From Lama guanicoe (Eukaryota): DNA of 64,000 nt. Positions 1 to 13,219 of the stretch are shown in pieces. The notes under the pieces were generated by a model that saw only the letters and a list, made by a program, of their open reading frames with translations, did not search any database and had not been told where the DNA came from. The position numbers were made by a program, and so were the translations under genes. The stretch is taken from contig MU057344.1 in assembly GCA_013239625.1 (NCBI GenBank), positions 3,744,976-3,808,975 of the forward strand. Direction: 5' to 3'. The number at the start of each line of letters is the position of its first letter. Position 1 is the stretch's first letter.

Positions 1-661
1 AGCCGTTCAGCGTCTCAAAACTTACGAGGGGGGCACAGAGCCACATTCACAGGGGAGACATGGGCACAGAGCGAAAACGCCCTAATAAAGCCCTGAACCA
101 ACCTCAGCCTTGAGCCACACTGTGGGCTCTGAACGTCAGGACCCACCTGGGCTGTGACCTTGACACTGTCCTTTGGGCTGCAGCAGCCCTAGGCCTGACT
201 ACAGGGGCTGCACCTGAGAGCAGAAGAATCCAAGTGAGTCCCAACAGAATCCTTCTGCAAAGCTGCCTTAAACACGACACCCAGGCTGGCTGTGCAAGGA
301 GCTGGCGGTGGGCAAGAGGGGCTCTGCCCGGAGCCTCCGACCCAGGGAGGGCACCGCATGCCACCATGCAGACCCTGGGGGCCCCGAGTGGGCATCCCAC
401 ACCTGCCTTTCCTCACCCCAGCTCTGCAGATGTCCTTTGATCCAGGTCTCCCACTCCCCTCTCCCTTCCCTCTGTGCACAGCGCTCAACACACACCGCAT
501 CTCTCCAAAAAGGAGGCATTTAAACGCAAAAGGAAGGACTTGGAGAGTTGGTCATTCTCAATTTGGGATCCTTCAAGATTGAGAGGGAAAAAGAAAGAAT
601 GAAATATGAGCCTTCCCATTCACGAGTGTTATAAACAGTTATAATTTAGCACTGAATAATT

Positions 662-677
662 GGTTGCTATGGTAACC
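662..677. promoter_or_regulatory. RFX X-box-like motif in CHD5 intron 2
   Basis: GGTTGCTATGGTAACC, a near-palindromic match to GTTGCCATGGCAAC, inside an AT-rich island. Confidence 0.55.
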
Positions 678-3183
678 GCTGCAGTACAGGTTGAAATCAT
701 CTCTCCCTCCTGCGCTGGGTCTGACAAGGAGCTTCATCTACATATGCTCAGGTTCCGGCCAAAGCCCAGCTATTTCATGTAAATCAGAATTCACGACTTG
801 CCGCCTGTCCCCGCACCCTCCCCGCCCCGACCCACCGCCCAAAACTCCCTGCTGCTGTTGGGTCCCAGCCGAGGCCCGCTGCTCCCTCCACCCATGGCCT
901 TGAGTTGAGGCTACCCGGTCGGAGATGGAGGGTAGCAAAGGGGTGACATTCTCCTTCCCACGTCCTGAAGACCGGGATCCACTGGCGGCGGATGGGCGGT
1001 GGGCACACGGCAGCCAGGCTCCTGTGCCCTGGCTGTCTTGTGCTCCAGACCCTCTGAGATCTGACAGCTGCTAAACCAGCGCAGGGGAGGGGGCAGCAAT
1101 GGTGCAAGGGCCACCAAGGGGCCTGTCTGGTACTGTCTAGTCATCTGCAGCCCTCTGGTCACCCCCCTCTCCCAGCTTCCACCCCTTTTGAGATCCGGAA
1201 TTACATCTCAGAATTGCGTCTGGGTAGAGAGAGGAAGGAGAGAGGGTGAGGGAGGGAGGGAGAGTGGAGAGAACGGACGAAAGGGAGGGAGGGAGGAAAT
1301 GAGTGGTGGGAGAAGAAATGGAGCAAGATGGAGGGCAAGGCAGACAGAGGAAGAGGTGGCAAGAGATGCATAAGACAGAGAGGCCACGCTCAGGCCACGG
1401 CAGTGAGCGCAGGCCCAGAGACAAAAACAAAACCGTGCATTCAGGTAAGGCCCGAGGAAGGAGACGGAGAAAAGACCGGGGTGATCACAGCAAGTGGGAG
1501 GCAAGCACCAGCCCTCCAGGCCTCGGAGGCCACTGGCCCCCACACCTCCCCTTGCCGAACTCCCCCCACCCAGCCCCTCGCCTCGCTGCTGTCCAGACAC
1601 TGCCCACCACCAGCCTCCTTCCTGACCAGGGCAGGGGGGGTCCAGCTATAACCTGTACCCAGGAGGGCAGGAGAAAGCCCAGCCCCGTGGGGGGCTGGCA
1701 GGGAAGGAGGAGGGGCACCCCAGTGGCCCTTCCTCGGCACTGGGGGACTGGGCAGACCCGGCCTGGGGCCCAAGACCCAGGACCGGATGGAACCGCCCAC
1801 CGTGGCCTAGTCTCCCCCCAGCTCCTGCGACAGAAGCAGCAGGAGAGAAAGCACTGAGAAGCTGCAGGAAGCCCTGGCCTCGTCACGCAGCCCCAGGCCC
1901 CTAGAATCTACCTCCACCCAACGTCCACAGAGCCTTGGGTCTGAGGGGCGAGAGCAGGGGCCAAGATAGTATGACATTTCACAGCTTTAACCAAGAAGTA
2001 GGCCTCTGCATTCCAGGGCCCTGCCAGTCCCGAGCCATCTATCCTCTGCCTCAGACAAGGACAGACCTGCAGGCCAAGGTGCTGGCAGGGGTGGAGGGAG
2101 CTGCCGCGGGAATTCAGGGTCCCCTCCCTGTGGCAGGGGAGCTGGGCCACAGCATGTCCCTCCATGGGGGAACCTTTAGGCACGGGTCCCCCTGCTCCCC
2201 TCTCCTGCCTCCACTTCCCCACCTGGATAATGGGGACAGGAAGCTTCAGTTCACAAACTTTCCCACGTGCAGCCCACATGCCAGCCCCACGGTTAGGGGT
2301 GGGCGTCCTGGGAGAGGACACACCCGGCCATCCTGAAACGATGCTGCCTGGGAGCCCAGGCAGTGAGGACAAAGCTGAGCGGCAGCAGAGATGGAGGGTG
2401 GCATCGGACAGGGGCAGCAGTGGGCTTGGAGGAGGCTCAGGGTCTCTCCCGGGGAAGAAAGGGCAGTCTGCACGCACTGGAGGAGAGGAACGGACTGGCG
2501 TGGCTGCAGGTGGGCAGGAAGAGGCTCAGGGCGGCTTTGGCCAGGAGCCTGGACAGCGGCGTGGGGGCACGGGGGCACGGGGGCAGTCCAGAAGAGAAAT
2601 GCTGGGCCCACCCTCACCAGAGAGCACAGCAGGCTGCTGGGCGGTCCTGGCCGGAGGGGGCAGGGGCTGACACCCTGCTTCCGGAAGGCTAGCCCCGGAC
2701 TGACCACTGCGGGAACCCAGGGCACAGCCCAGGGCAGGCCCTGCCCTCCAGACACATGCAGGCCGACACCCTGGATGCCCCCAGGGACCTCTGGCCGTCC
2801 CCTGTGGCACCTCACATGAAGGTGCCCTATTGGTCCACATCTGATTTGTCCCCAAACAAGCAGGTGAGGTGGACAGGTGACGGCCCCTTTACTGCAGACA
2901 CAGAAGTGAGGCTCAGGTACAGGCAGTGGCTCCGGAGATTCTAGGAAGAAATTCTGCCCCTTCTTGCTCACCCGCCATCACAGGCCGTCCACCCGCAGGG
3001 GTCTCCTCCCTCCCACCCCTGCAGCACCCTCAGGGACCCTCCAAAGCTAAGTCATCCCACAGCCTCCTCTGCACAAAGCCGTGCAGGGGAAAAGCCAGAG
3101 GCCCACAGTGGCCTTTGCGACCACATCGGAACATTCCAGCAGGAACCTGTGCCCTCAGCCTGGGACATTCTCCCTGAGGGCTA

Positions 3184-3189
3184 CACACA

Positions 3190-3222
<33 letters not shown>
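3184..3222. repeat. (CA)n microsatellite
   Basis: CACACACGCG(CA)n run. Confidence 0.95.
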
Positions 3223-3224
<2 letters not shown>

Positions 3225-4112
3225 GGAAAGCCAGAGATCTGACAGCGCTTCCCCTCGGAGCAAGAGGGCCAGGGAGGACCAGGCCTGGGGGTGCGGCTAG
3301 ACAGCCCTGGGGCAGGATCTCAGCTATGTGGCTGTGACCCTGGGCAAGTTCATCTCTGAGCCACATTTGTAAAGCGGGGCACAGGCCATCACCTCCTCAA
3401 AAGGCCACCTGGAGGATCCTGTGATGCCCAGGAGAGGTGGCAGCTCTCATGTGGTGATGAGACCCCATCCTCGTCCCTCCAGAAGTGCGAGGGCTTTAAG
3501 CTGCAAACCAGCCCCAGTCTCCCCCTCAGCCGGGCGGTGGCCACCATCCCGCCCCGCCGATTCCCACAGCTGGTGCTGAGGATAAAGTGAATCCATGGGA
3601 AAACGTTCTGAAAATCCTCACGAGAGTTAGAGGAGAGCCCGGCCCTCGCTGGGGCCTCCTCGCCTTCTCCCACTTCCATCATTTTCATCAGGATTCCAAC
3701 TCACAACAGGTTGGAAGCAGCAAGCTGGAGACAGATGCCTGCCGGGAAGCAGGCGGGGAGAAAGCAGCAGGCGGCGCCCGTGCTGCCGAGAGCACAGAGG
3801 CAGCGGACGCGGCACAAGCGGGAAGGAGGGCCCCTCAGGGAAGGGGGGCGAGCGCCGGGGACCCCGTGCGTCACGGCCCAGGGTGGCCACCGGTGGGGGG
3901 GGGGAGAGGTGCCCTGGAACACCCTGCTCAAGAAGACAGGACACTAGGCAGGTGTCCGTGGCCCACCCCAGACACTGGTCCCGGCGCTCCGCACTCAGGC
4001 TCAGCTCTCGGGCGCGCCCGCCCCGCCGCCGATGGTTCCGGCAGCCCGGGGCTCCCTCCGCAGGCCCGGGGCGGGGGCCGCCGAGACCTCCCGCGGCCGC
4101 GGCCCCACTCAC

Positions 4113-7100
4113 CTCCTTCTTCCTCCTCTTCCCTTTGGGCCTGTTCTCCTTGACCTTCTTGGGCTTCTTCTTCCTGGGAAGGCTCACGGGCTCTTCAGGG
4201 AAAAAGTCGTCGAAGGCTTCAAGGCCACCATCTTCTTCTTCTGGAGGAGTCAGCAGGGGGGGTTACTCCAGGGAGCGACAGGGACAGCACAGCAGGGAGA
4301 CCCCCAGGGATGGAGTGAGAGGCGGGACCCCGCTGGGACAGCCAGCTCCTCTGCCAGCCTACCATGCCAAGTCATGGCCACTCCACTGTCCCCGGCCCCC
4401 CACCCCTTCTCCCTCCCACTAGTTCCTCTGCCCCAGCCCCCTCCCAACCCCGCAAAGCCATCCCCAGACCTACTTAGTGGAGCCCGAGCTCCTGGGGGCT
4501 ATGTTACATCACCCTACCTCTCTGGGCCTCTCCCCCTCTCATCTGTGAAATGGGACAATAACCACCTACCCTGCTACAGCAGTGCTCGGGAAACTGAAGC
4601 AAAAGTGAGTGACTAATTAAGAGGTCTTATTGACATGGCTCTAATGGAGCCAAAGTCATCTCCAGCTGGCCCCAGGGAGGGGTCGGGGCCCATCTCCGCC
4701 TTTCAGAGGCGCACAGTGTGGCCAGGAGACAGACAGCTCATGAGTGCAGGACGACAGGGACGTCCAAACCACATCCCCCTGGAGCACCCTAGTGGCCCTG
4801 CGGAGCAAGTGCCCGGGGGTTTGCAGGAGAGACCAGCATGGAGGATGCCAGGGCCCCCTTAATGGGAACGTGAAGACCACGCTACCTCTCCCGCCCCTAT
4901 CCCACACACGCACCCGCACAGGTCACTCCCGTCACACGCACCCAGACACACACGCACAGCAGGATGCCACACACGCTCCAGCTGGGCGCTTGGGACAATG
5001 CGGCATTCCACAGAGAGATGCAGGTATTCTAGAAGCTGCCCCCTTTTTCCTGAATTCCTCGCTCCTTCAGGAATTTGAAAGGCCAAGGGGGAGCAGGACG
5101 GGTGTGGGGCGGGGGTATCACCCAAGCTGCAGCCGGCACCGCCCCCCAAAGGGAACAGGTGGCAGCAGTCTAACGCCCACCCAAGAAGTCAGGAATGAGA
5201 GAGGGCACCAGCCCTGAGGCCCTGGGCACCAGCCCTGGCCACAGAGGAAAGCGAGAGGGTTCTCTTGGGGGCAAACAGCAGCAAGAAGACACCACAAGAA
5301 CAAATCACTCAGAGCAGAGCTACATCTGTCCTCCTGGGACGAAGGAAGATTCCAGAAGGAATCAGCCGAACCTCCAAAGAGTCCACAAAAGGGGCTCACG
5401 AGAAAGCCAGCACCCTACGCCGGCGGCTTGTCCTCCGCTCCCCACCCTCACTGCCCACGTGCGGGGTGGGGGAGGGGCAGAGAGAAGCGCCACGGGGTGG
5501 GGGGACATGATGGAGATCTCACTCAGCTGGGGTCTCCCTGGAACAGGACCTCCTTGTGGGGCTGACCCCAGGGGGAGCCCTGAGGAGGGCGAGGAGTGCC
5601 AGGGCCACCCAGGTGACTTCCACCTGGGAAATGGGCAGAGTGTCCCCAGCCCCACCAGGAAGCCTTTCACAGTAAAACATCCTGGCTGCTGAACACGTCA
5701 GACCACAGACGCTTGGATACGGGCATGCACCCTGGACACTCCAACATCTGCCCTCCCACCCCCCATATGGGTCCACCCCAGGTGCTGGGACCCCTGCCCC
5801 CAAGAGTCCCCAGGGCAGAGAGAGCAAGGCCAAGTCCCAGCTCCCTTCGCATCCTGCCAGGCAAACAGACGTGGGGAGAGGCCTCCTCCGGGCGGGGTCA
5901 GGGAGCTGCCCTGGAAGAGGTGACCTGAGGGTGGCCTGAATGCTAGTCACCCCGGGAAGCCAGCTCAGTGGTCCTGACTGGCAGGAAGGGCGCTGCTGAG
6001 GACAGGACCAGGTGGAGGGCACAGCTGCCCTGGCCCTGGGGGACAGGCAGTGAGGGTGGGCGCAAAGCTGGGTTTAACTTGGGCAGACCTCAGGTGGAGC
6101 CAGGCTGAGGCAGCAGAAGCTGACCCCGTCCTGCCCTCCAAGCCTTGACACAGGAGGAGCAAGGATTTGGAGGCCAGTTGAAAAGGAGCATAGGGACCCC
6201 CCCCCAGAGTCATCCTGAAGTGGAGGGCTCGGGGGGGAGGACAATGACATGGTTGGCAAGGAGCCATGCTAGGGATCTGGTGCCAGTCCACGCCTGCCCA
6301 CTTCCCCACCCGCCTCCACCTCCCCCCCGAGCCGCAAAGAGACCGCCTGGGCAGAGCCACCCCCGCACCCTGGCAATGCCCAGCACCGTTATGTAACAGT
6401 CTCAGCTGATGCAGTCGGGAGGGGGCCTCTCCCTCCTGCCTCCTGCCACTTCCCCACGTCCCCTGTCCCCTCAGCAGGGCGGTCTCCCAGGCCGGGAAGG
6501 CCAGCCCAGCACATGGTCACAGACTGACTGACTGGCCAGCGGAACAGACATGGGGGTGAACAGGTGGCTACGGGAGGTTCTAGAAGGAAGCCTGCAGTCT
6601 CCCGTGGGCTGTGCCTGGGAAGGAGGCGGGGCGCCCTCCACCTCTAACCCACATCCAGAACAGGCCTCAGAGGATGAGGCCTCGGGCCCCCTGCCCTCGG
6701 ACAGACCCGCTCCTCCACTCCCAGAAGGCCTGACGGCCCAGGGCCAGCTGCCTGGTCCAATCCCTCCTCCAGGAAAGTTCCAGGGCTGGCGCACGGTGCC
6801 GGGGGCCCCACCCTGCCCACTCCATCTCTGACAGGCCCTCCCTCCCCTGCACAGAGCTTCCAGCAGCCCTGAGAACACCCCGGCAGACCTTCTGTGGCAC
6901 TGCTCCCCAGGCCCCCATGACTCCTGTTCACCCGGGCTTCACCTCGGCCCAGCCCCCTCCTCCCTCCCTGCAACGGGCCCTGGATTTTTTCCAAAACCAG
7001 GCCTGGGAACTCACATCCAAGCAACCCTTCCTGGGACTATGCCCCTTCCTCAGGGAGGGAGGTGGGAGGCTTGGGCACTGGGGTCCCAAGGAGGCGTGGC

Positions 7101-10100
7101 CTCGAGACTCCTTGTCCTGCCAGGTCCTGGCCTGGCCTAGAAGTGCCCTCCCACACCAGCCCTGCCCCTCCAGGGCCCGAGGCTCCATCAATCCCAGACG
7201 GGCTATAATTAGGACCCATTAGCCCTGTTCTGTCTCCTCTCTCCTGAGCTCCCAGGTTGGAACCGCCCAGGGAGAAAGTGGGGGAGGTGGCTTCAGAGAC
7301 AGGCAGGGGGACAGACAGGGGTCAGTAAAGGGAGGTACCTTCCACTGCTTTTCCCTGAGCTCGCCCCTCCCCAGCTCCCTGCACACTTAGCTTAGCCCTC
7401 AGAACCCGCAGGCTGCACTGCAGGCCGCAGCCCAGGCAAGAGGAGTGGACCCCTCTTAGGGAAACACCTTACAGCAGCAGAAGTGCCTTCACACCACCTG
7501 CACCAGGCTGGGAGCAGGTAGCACACGCCAATTTACATTAATTCATCTACGCCACACAGCAACCCCAGGAGATGGTACTGTTATTACCCCCATTTGCAGA
7601 TGAGGAAACTGAGGCTCAGAGGATCTCATCACTGGCCCACATCTCAGTTTCACAGCCAGCAGGTGGCAGAGCCAGAATGGAACTCTGGCAGGTGGCTCCC
7701 ACCACCACATGTGGTCCCTGTGCCAGTCCCTCCTTCCAGGCAGAGGGCCCTCCCAGAATTCAGACTTTGCCCATATTTACTGAACAAGCACTGAAACAGC
7801 ATGGTCCATGTGCCAAGCTCAGGCATGCCCTGGGGACACTGAGGTGACTCAGGCCAGCCCTTTGTCTGGAAGGTCACCTGAGGTCCTTTGGTGGGGGTGG
7901 TAGGGAGATCAGGGCTAGTCCTCTGGAAGTCCACATGCTCACCCCACAAATGATGCTCTGCCCACCTCCTGTCCTTGTCCTCTGGGGAGGGCAAGCAGCA
8001 GAGCCCAGTGGGGCCTGGGTAAGAATGCAGCCCCCCAGGGAGCTTAGCAACCACAAAGTAATCAGAGCAAAAGAAAAGCATCTGATTGTGAAAGGAAAAG
8101 TCAGGTCATCTGATGTGGGGTGGCTGAAGGATCTGGGGAGGCCGAGCCAGGAGTCGGATCAAGAGCCCCATCACCAGGGTCCAGTGAGCAAATCTGCCAG
8201 CTATGGGGACCCAGCTGAATGTCTTCCATCCTCTCCAGAGCCTGGGGGAAGGGGCTCCTTGGGTTCCCACAAGCAGGTAACAAGACCATCTGGTGGCCAG
8301 GAGGAGGGACAAGGGAGCACAGGCTTCAAGCCACCATCCCTCCTGGCAGAGTGGCCCCCAATCCCTCCCTGACTGAGCCCATTTATTCAGCCTTAAAATG
8401 GGCCTAGAACCGCCTTCCTCACAGCGTGATGAATTAGAAACTGAGATGCAGTTTAAGTGCATGACAATGACAGTGCTCAGCCCAGGGCCCCAGGAGGGTT
8501 AGGATGCTGGAGGCTGAAGGAGGTGGGGGGGGGTCTCTGGTTCAGGCATTGCTGGGCCAGAGCTTCTCAGGGCCACCCTAGGGAGGGGTGCCCCAAGACT
8601 AAGGTTCCCATCAGTCCTTGGAAGGCCTCCGACACCACAGGCCTCTACTGATAATGGTCGAGGGGGAGGGGGAGCAGGACTCCCACCCAAGAGAGGATTA
8701 ATAATTTATTTATGACATTTAACAAAACCCAGATATCACCTCACTGGCGTCTCATCAAAGGAAGCGTGAGTCCTGAGCACCGTGGGCAGGCAGGCCATTG
8801 CGGGGAGCGTAGCGGAACAGGTGACGCTCTTATTCTAAGGGACCGGGGCCCGGGAAGAGTGAGGGAGGAGAAGGATGGGGACCCACAGGGAGGAGGAGGA
8901 AAGAAAAGCAAGGACTCAGGAAAGACAGACTGACAAAAGGAATGACATGGGGACAGAGTAAGAAGAAGGACAGAAGCAGGGAAATAAGGACAGAGCCAAA
9001 GAGCTAAGGCAGAAAGTCACAAAAGCTTTCTCTGCAAAGACCCCAGAAAGTTAGACATCACGTACTGTGTTCAGTACTTGGCTCAGTAAAGATAAGCAAG
9101 AAATCTATACTGGGTGGATGGATGAATGAATGGATAGACAGGTAGATGAATGGATGGATGGATGGACTGGACAGATAAATGGATGGGTGCATGGATGGAG
9201 TCTGGGTAGGATGGAGAGATGGATGGATAGATGGGTAGATAGATGCATGGATGGATGGATGAATGGACAGATGGATGGATGAATGGCTGGAGACTGGGTA
9301 AAAGGAATCAATGGATGGATGAATGGATGGATGAACGGATGGATGTTTGGGGAGTAGGTAGGATGGCTGGTCACGTGGTGGTGGGCGTATGTTTAGTTGG
9401 TTGGTTTTGTGGTTGGATGGGTAGGTGTTTGAGTGGGAGGGTAGATGCTTGGATGGGAGGATTAACAAGTGGGTGGGTGACTGAATGAATCAATGAAATG
9501 ATAGATCAATATAGAATGAGGGGAATCTCCCACAGGCCAAGACACTGGTTACTTTACCTCCTTCCTCCCAGTAAAAAGGATTAAGTATTATCAGGCTCCC
9601 TGAGATGGCCCAAACTCACATCACCCCAACGTGGGGCGGGGGCGGGGGGCAGGCAAAAACAGCACAGACCTTTGGGAATCATGGCTCTCTCCCTCCTGGT
9701 CCCTGGGCCCAAAGAAGCTTAGATGCTCTCATGGCTGGAGCCTGTCCTATGGGCTACCAGGGCACAGGCCAGTCAAGGGCCAGAGTGGTCATATTGCCCG
9801 GCCAGGAGAGAAGCTGGGCTCACCAGCTCTAGGAAACCCGCTCCTCTGATTGCGTGTGTGGAGGAAGGGCTGGGCCTACCAGGCAGGGATTTCTGAGGAA
9901 AAGGCCTAGGACACAGAGCCCCTCTCCTCCCACCCCCACTCCAGCCTCTCCCAGGCCCCCCAGCTTACTGGATGAGGGGGCAAGTCTTGGAAGCATTTCC
10001 TTGGGGAAGGCAGGCCAACTGCCCCCCTTGGATGGTGCTAATTATAAGCCACACTTTATTGGGCCCCTATTATGTGCTGGGCACTGTGACCTAAATGTTC

Positions 10101-13100
10101 CACATGCACCATCTCACCAGTCCTCATAATAACCCTCTATGAGGTAGCTGGTGCTGCAGCCCCATTCTAGAAGTGGGACACTGAGGCAGAGGGACTGGGG
10201 AGCTGGCCCAGGTCAGACCGCAAACAAGCAGGAGAGGCAGGGCCCCCCGACTCTTGAGCCCTCTCTTTGAATCCCCAGGAGAATCTGGCAGCTGGGGTCC
10301 GTGAGCCCGACAGGCAGGCACCTACCCTGCCTGCCTCCTCGGAGTAGGCTCGCCCACCTGCCTCAGCGGCACAGAGCTGGCCAGGCCAAACCTGGGTGCC
10401 AAACGAGAACCCAGGCAGAGTGACAAGAGGAGATTTGACATGTAGTGAGTCCCCTGCAGGAGATGTGAAACTCAGTGTGACAGCTCCCAGCACACTGGCT
10501 CCTCTACCCCCAAATGGCCACGTGTGGGACCTGCTGGCTCTAGGTCCCTGCGGGCCCCAGCCAGGAGCTCAGGCCGAGGGCTGCAGAGAGGCTGCGTGGA
10601 AGACTCGGGGGGCCGGCGACCAGCCAGAGCTTCAGGGGAGACATGAGGTTTGGGCGAGGCTGTCATCATGTCCAGAAGCCAGGGTGACCCAGGGACTCCC
10701 AGCCCTCAGACACGGAGACCACAACCCTCTCTGTAGCACCCACAGTGCCAGGCGCCAGGCACAGCAGGTGGTCAAGGGAGTCACACCCAAGGGAAGAGCC
10801 CATGAACACAGAAGTCAGCTGATGACAATATTCCAGGGAGTAGGCAGCGCTGCCAAGAAAATAAAGCATTAAAATGGGCCTGAGAATGACCGGGGAGGGG
10901 CCACACCTGAGCCAGGAGGGCCTCCCTGTGGTGACATTTGAGCTGGGACCTAACCAGCAGGAAGGAGGCAGTTGCGCACCAAGGAAAGAGCAGGTCTAGC
11001 AGAGGTCACAGCCAGCGCTTGGGGCAGGATGGAGCTTGGCCAATTCCAGAAGCAAGGAGGACAGTGTGTGAACAAGAAGGTGAGGGTGAACGAGAACAGG
11101 GGCTTTGCAGCTGAGCCAAGCTGTGGGGGTCTGTGCCTGATTTGTGTTTCTAAAGGTGACCCTGGCTGCTGGTGGGGTGATCAGTGAGGACTGGTTAGGA
11201 GGCTCTGGAGCAGACCAGCCAGAAGGGACTGTGGCTTGTACCAGGGAAACAGAGAGGAGCCGGGAGCTCAGGAAGGCTCAGGACATGCTCTGGATGTGGA
11301 GCACCTGGTCCTCTGAAGGACAGGCTGCAGGCTCTGCTCTGCAGGGCTTTGGGGACGTTCCTAGAGGCCCTGGGGACAATCCCACTCCCAAGCCCTGCCC
11401 TGGGGCAACAGGAGAAAGCAGAAGGGAGAAAAGGTGGTGGGCAGGCGACCTTGACCAAAGCCCAACCCCTCTGGCCCAAACAGAGTGACTTGGGTGCCCG
11501 CCAGCCTAAGGGCACCTTCCCTGACCTCCTCCCCTCCCCACCCTCCGAGCCCTGACACAGCCAGGTTGAGCCAGAGTGTGTGGGAAAGGGGGATAGGGCA
11601 ACCGATCAGGGGGTTGGGTGAAGTCCCAGAAATAAGCCTGTTAATTCATGTCCAGCCGTCCACTGCCCCCATCAGGGCTACAAAGGGCCACGCCCTGAGC
11701 ACCACTGGGAGCCACATACCGAGGAAGCCAGTGAGCAGCTTACCACGGAGCGAGCTTCCTGGGTAGAAAACAGCCATGGATTTCAGTGCCTGTGCTGGGT
11801 CTCTGTGTTTCCTTCTGGGAAATGGGCTTAATTCCCTGGACTCCAGGATGTAACAGTCAACTATTATCCAAGCAACACCGCTCACGTGGAGCCACCTCAC
11901 TCCCACTTCCTTCACCCCAGCAGGCGCTTTGCAAACTTGGCCAAACTGTCTGAAAGGCACGATAAGGCCCCAGCCACAGTGATTAAAGCAAGCGAACAAG
12001 TTGAGAGTGAGGGAGGACCCCCCAGTGGGCGTGGCCACCTGGTGGGAATCCCCTAACTAGGAAGAGGCTGAGCAGCCCGAGCTGCCGCCCCCAGGCCCTC
12101 CCCTTCTCACCTCCTGCGCACAGAAACTGAGGTGCCAATCTGTGGAATATTCTCCCCCGCCCCAGGAAGGGACTCCTGGGGCCAGACAGCACACTCCAGG
12201 GTCACGGAGGGCTCCTGCCCCTCCCACAAGTCTCTCAGGAGCCCAGGAGGGGCCACTGACTTGGTGAAGGGAAGCTGAGAAGTAGCAGAGACCCCCGGAA
12301 GGGAAGGAGGACGGCTGGTTGACAGGGTGAGGCCCTGCCCAGCTGCGCCAGGAGGTGAACTGTCCCAAACAAACGGTGAGCAGTTAACTAAAGAACGATC
12401 CTGCGAGGTTACCCCTGACGCACAAGCCCTGTTTATGCTGAATTCTGAGACGGATGGAAGGGCAGGGGCGGTGGCCCTGGGAGTCAGGCCTGGAGCCAAA
12501 GCAGGGTGGGCTGGGAACGCCACTACCCGGGCGACCGTGGGCTGGAGACGCCGGCCGGCGCTAGGGCGCGCCAGGACGACGCCGGCGGCCCGGGCAAAGT
12601 GTTTGGCAGTCACGGCACCCAGCGGCCTGGGAAGGGGAGCGGGAGTCCGAGCCCGCGCGCCTCAGCCTGGAGCCCTCGTGAGCCTGGAGGGAAGCCACCC
12701 CAGCCAGGGCGCTCGCCGGGTCCCCTAGCACGTCCGGTCCTCGCCCGGCTCCGGGCCCCACCCAGCCCACCCTGGGGCAGATAGGCCGGGACCGGGTATG
12801 GGGTCCCGCCAGCCCCCGCAAGGCCAGGCGTTCGCGGCGCGGGGCGAGAGCGCGGAGTGCGCGGCATCATCAACCGAAAGCGATTCCACCCCCTTCAAGG
12901 GCACGCGGGCTGACCCTCGCGGCGCCGCGCCCCCTCCTCGCTTCGGGCGCCCGGCGCAGGCCCCCCGCCGTTCTCCGCCCGCGCCGCGGCCCGGGTGGAC
13001 CCGATCGCGCCCGCCCTTGGCGGCCCGAGCGCCCCCTCCCGCGCGCCGCCAGCGCCGCCCGCGAGGTCCGGCTCCGGGGGCCCGCGGTTCTCCGCGCCCC

Positions 13101-13219
13101 TCGCCGCCCTGGCCCAGGGCGCAGCCAGCGCCCCACTCACCTGACATCTCGTCCTCGTTCTCCATCTCGTCCGCGAACAGCCGCGGCAGCTCCTCCTCGG
13201 TGCCCAGCGGGCCCCGCAT
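4113..13219 (-). CDS. CHD5: Chromodomain helicase DNA-binding protein 5, 5' part (coding exon 1 13219-13141, exon 2 4240-4113); the gene continues beyond the left edge
   Basis: Exon 1 (79 nt) encodes [26 protein letters not shown] then a GTGAGT donor. Exon 2 (128 nt, CAG acceptor, GTGAGT donor) encodes [43 protein letters not shown]. This matches the recalled CHD5 N-terminus and the synteny with RPL22. Confidence 0.95.
7500..7700. mobile_element. MIR SINE fragment
   Basis: Core CCCATTTGCAGATGAGGAAACTGAGGCTCAGAG; boundaries approximate. Confidence 0.8.
9110..9495. repeat. Degenerate (GGAT/GAAT)n simple repeat tract in CHD5 intron 1
   Basis: About 380 bp of TGGA/TGAA/TAGA tetramers. Confidence 0.9.

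Noticed and set aside
9058-9488. ORFs with HPSI/WMD repeats
   Set aside because: Translation of the (GGAT)n simple repeat
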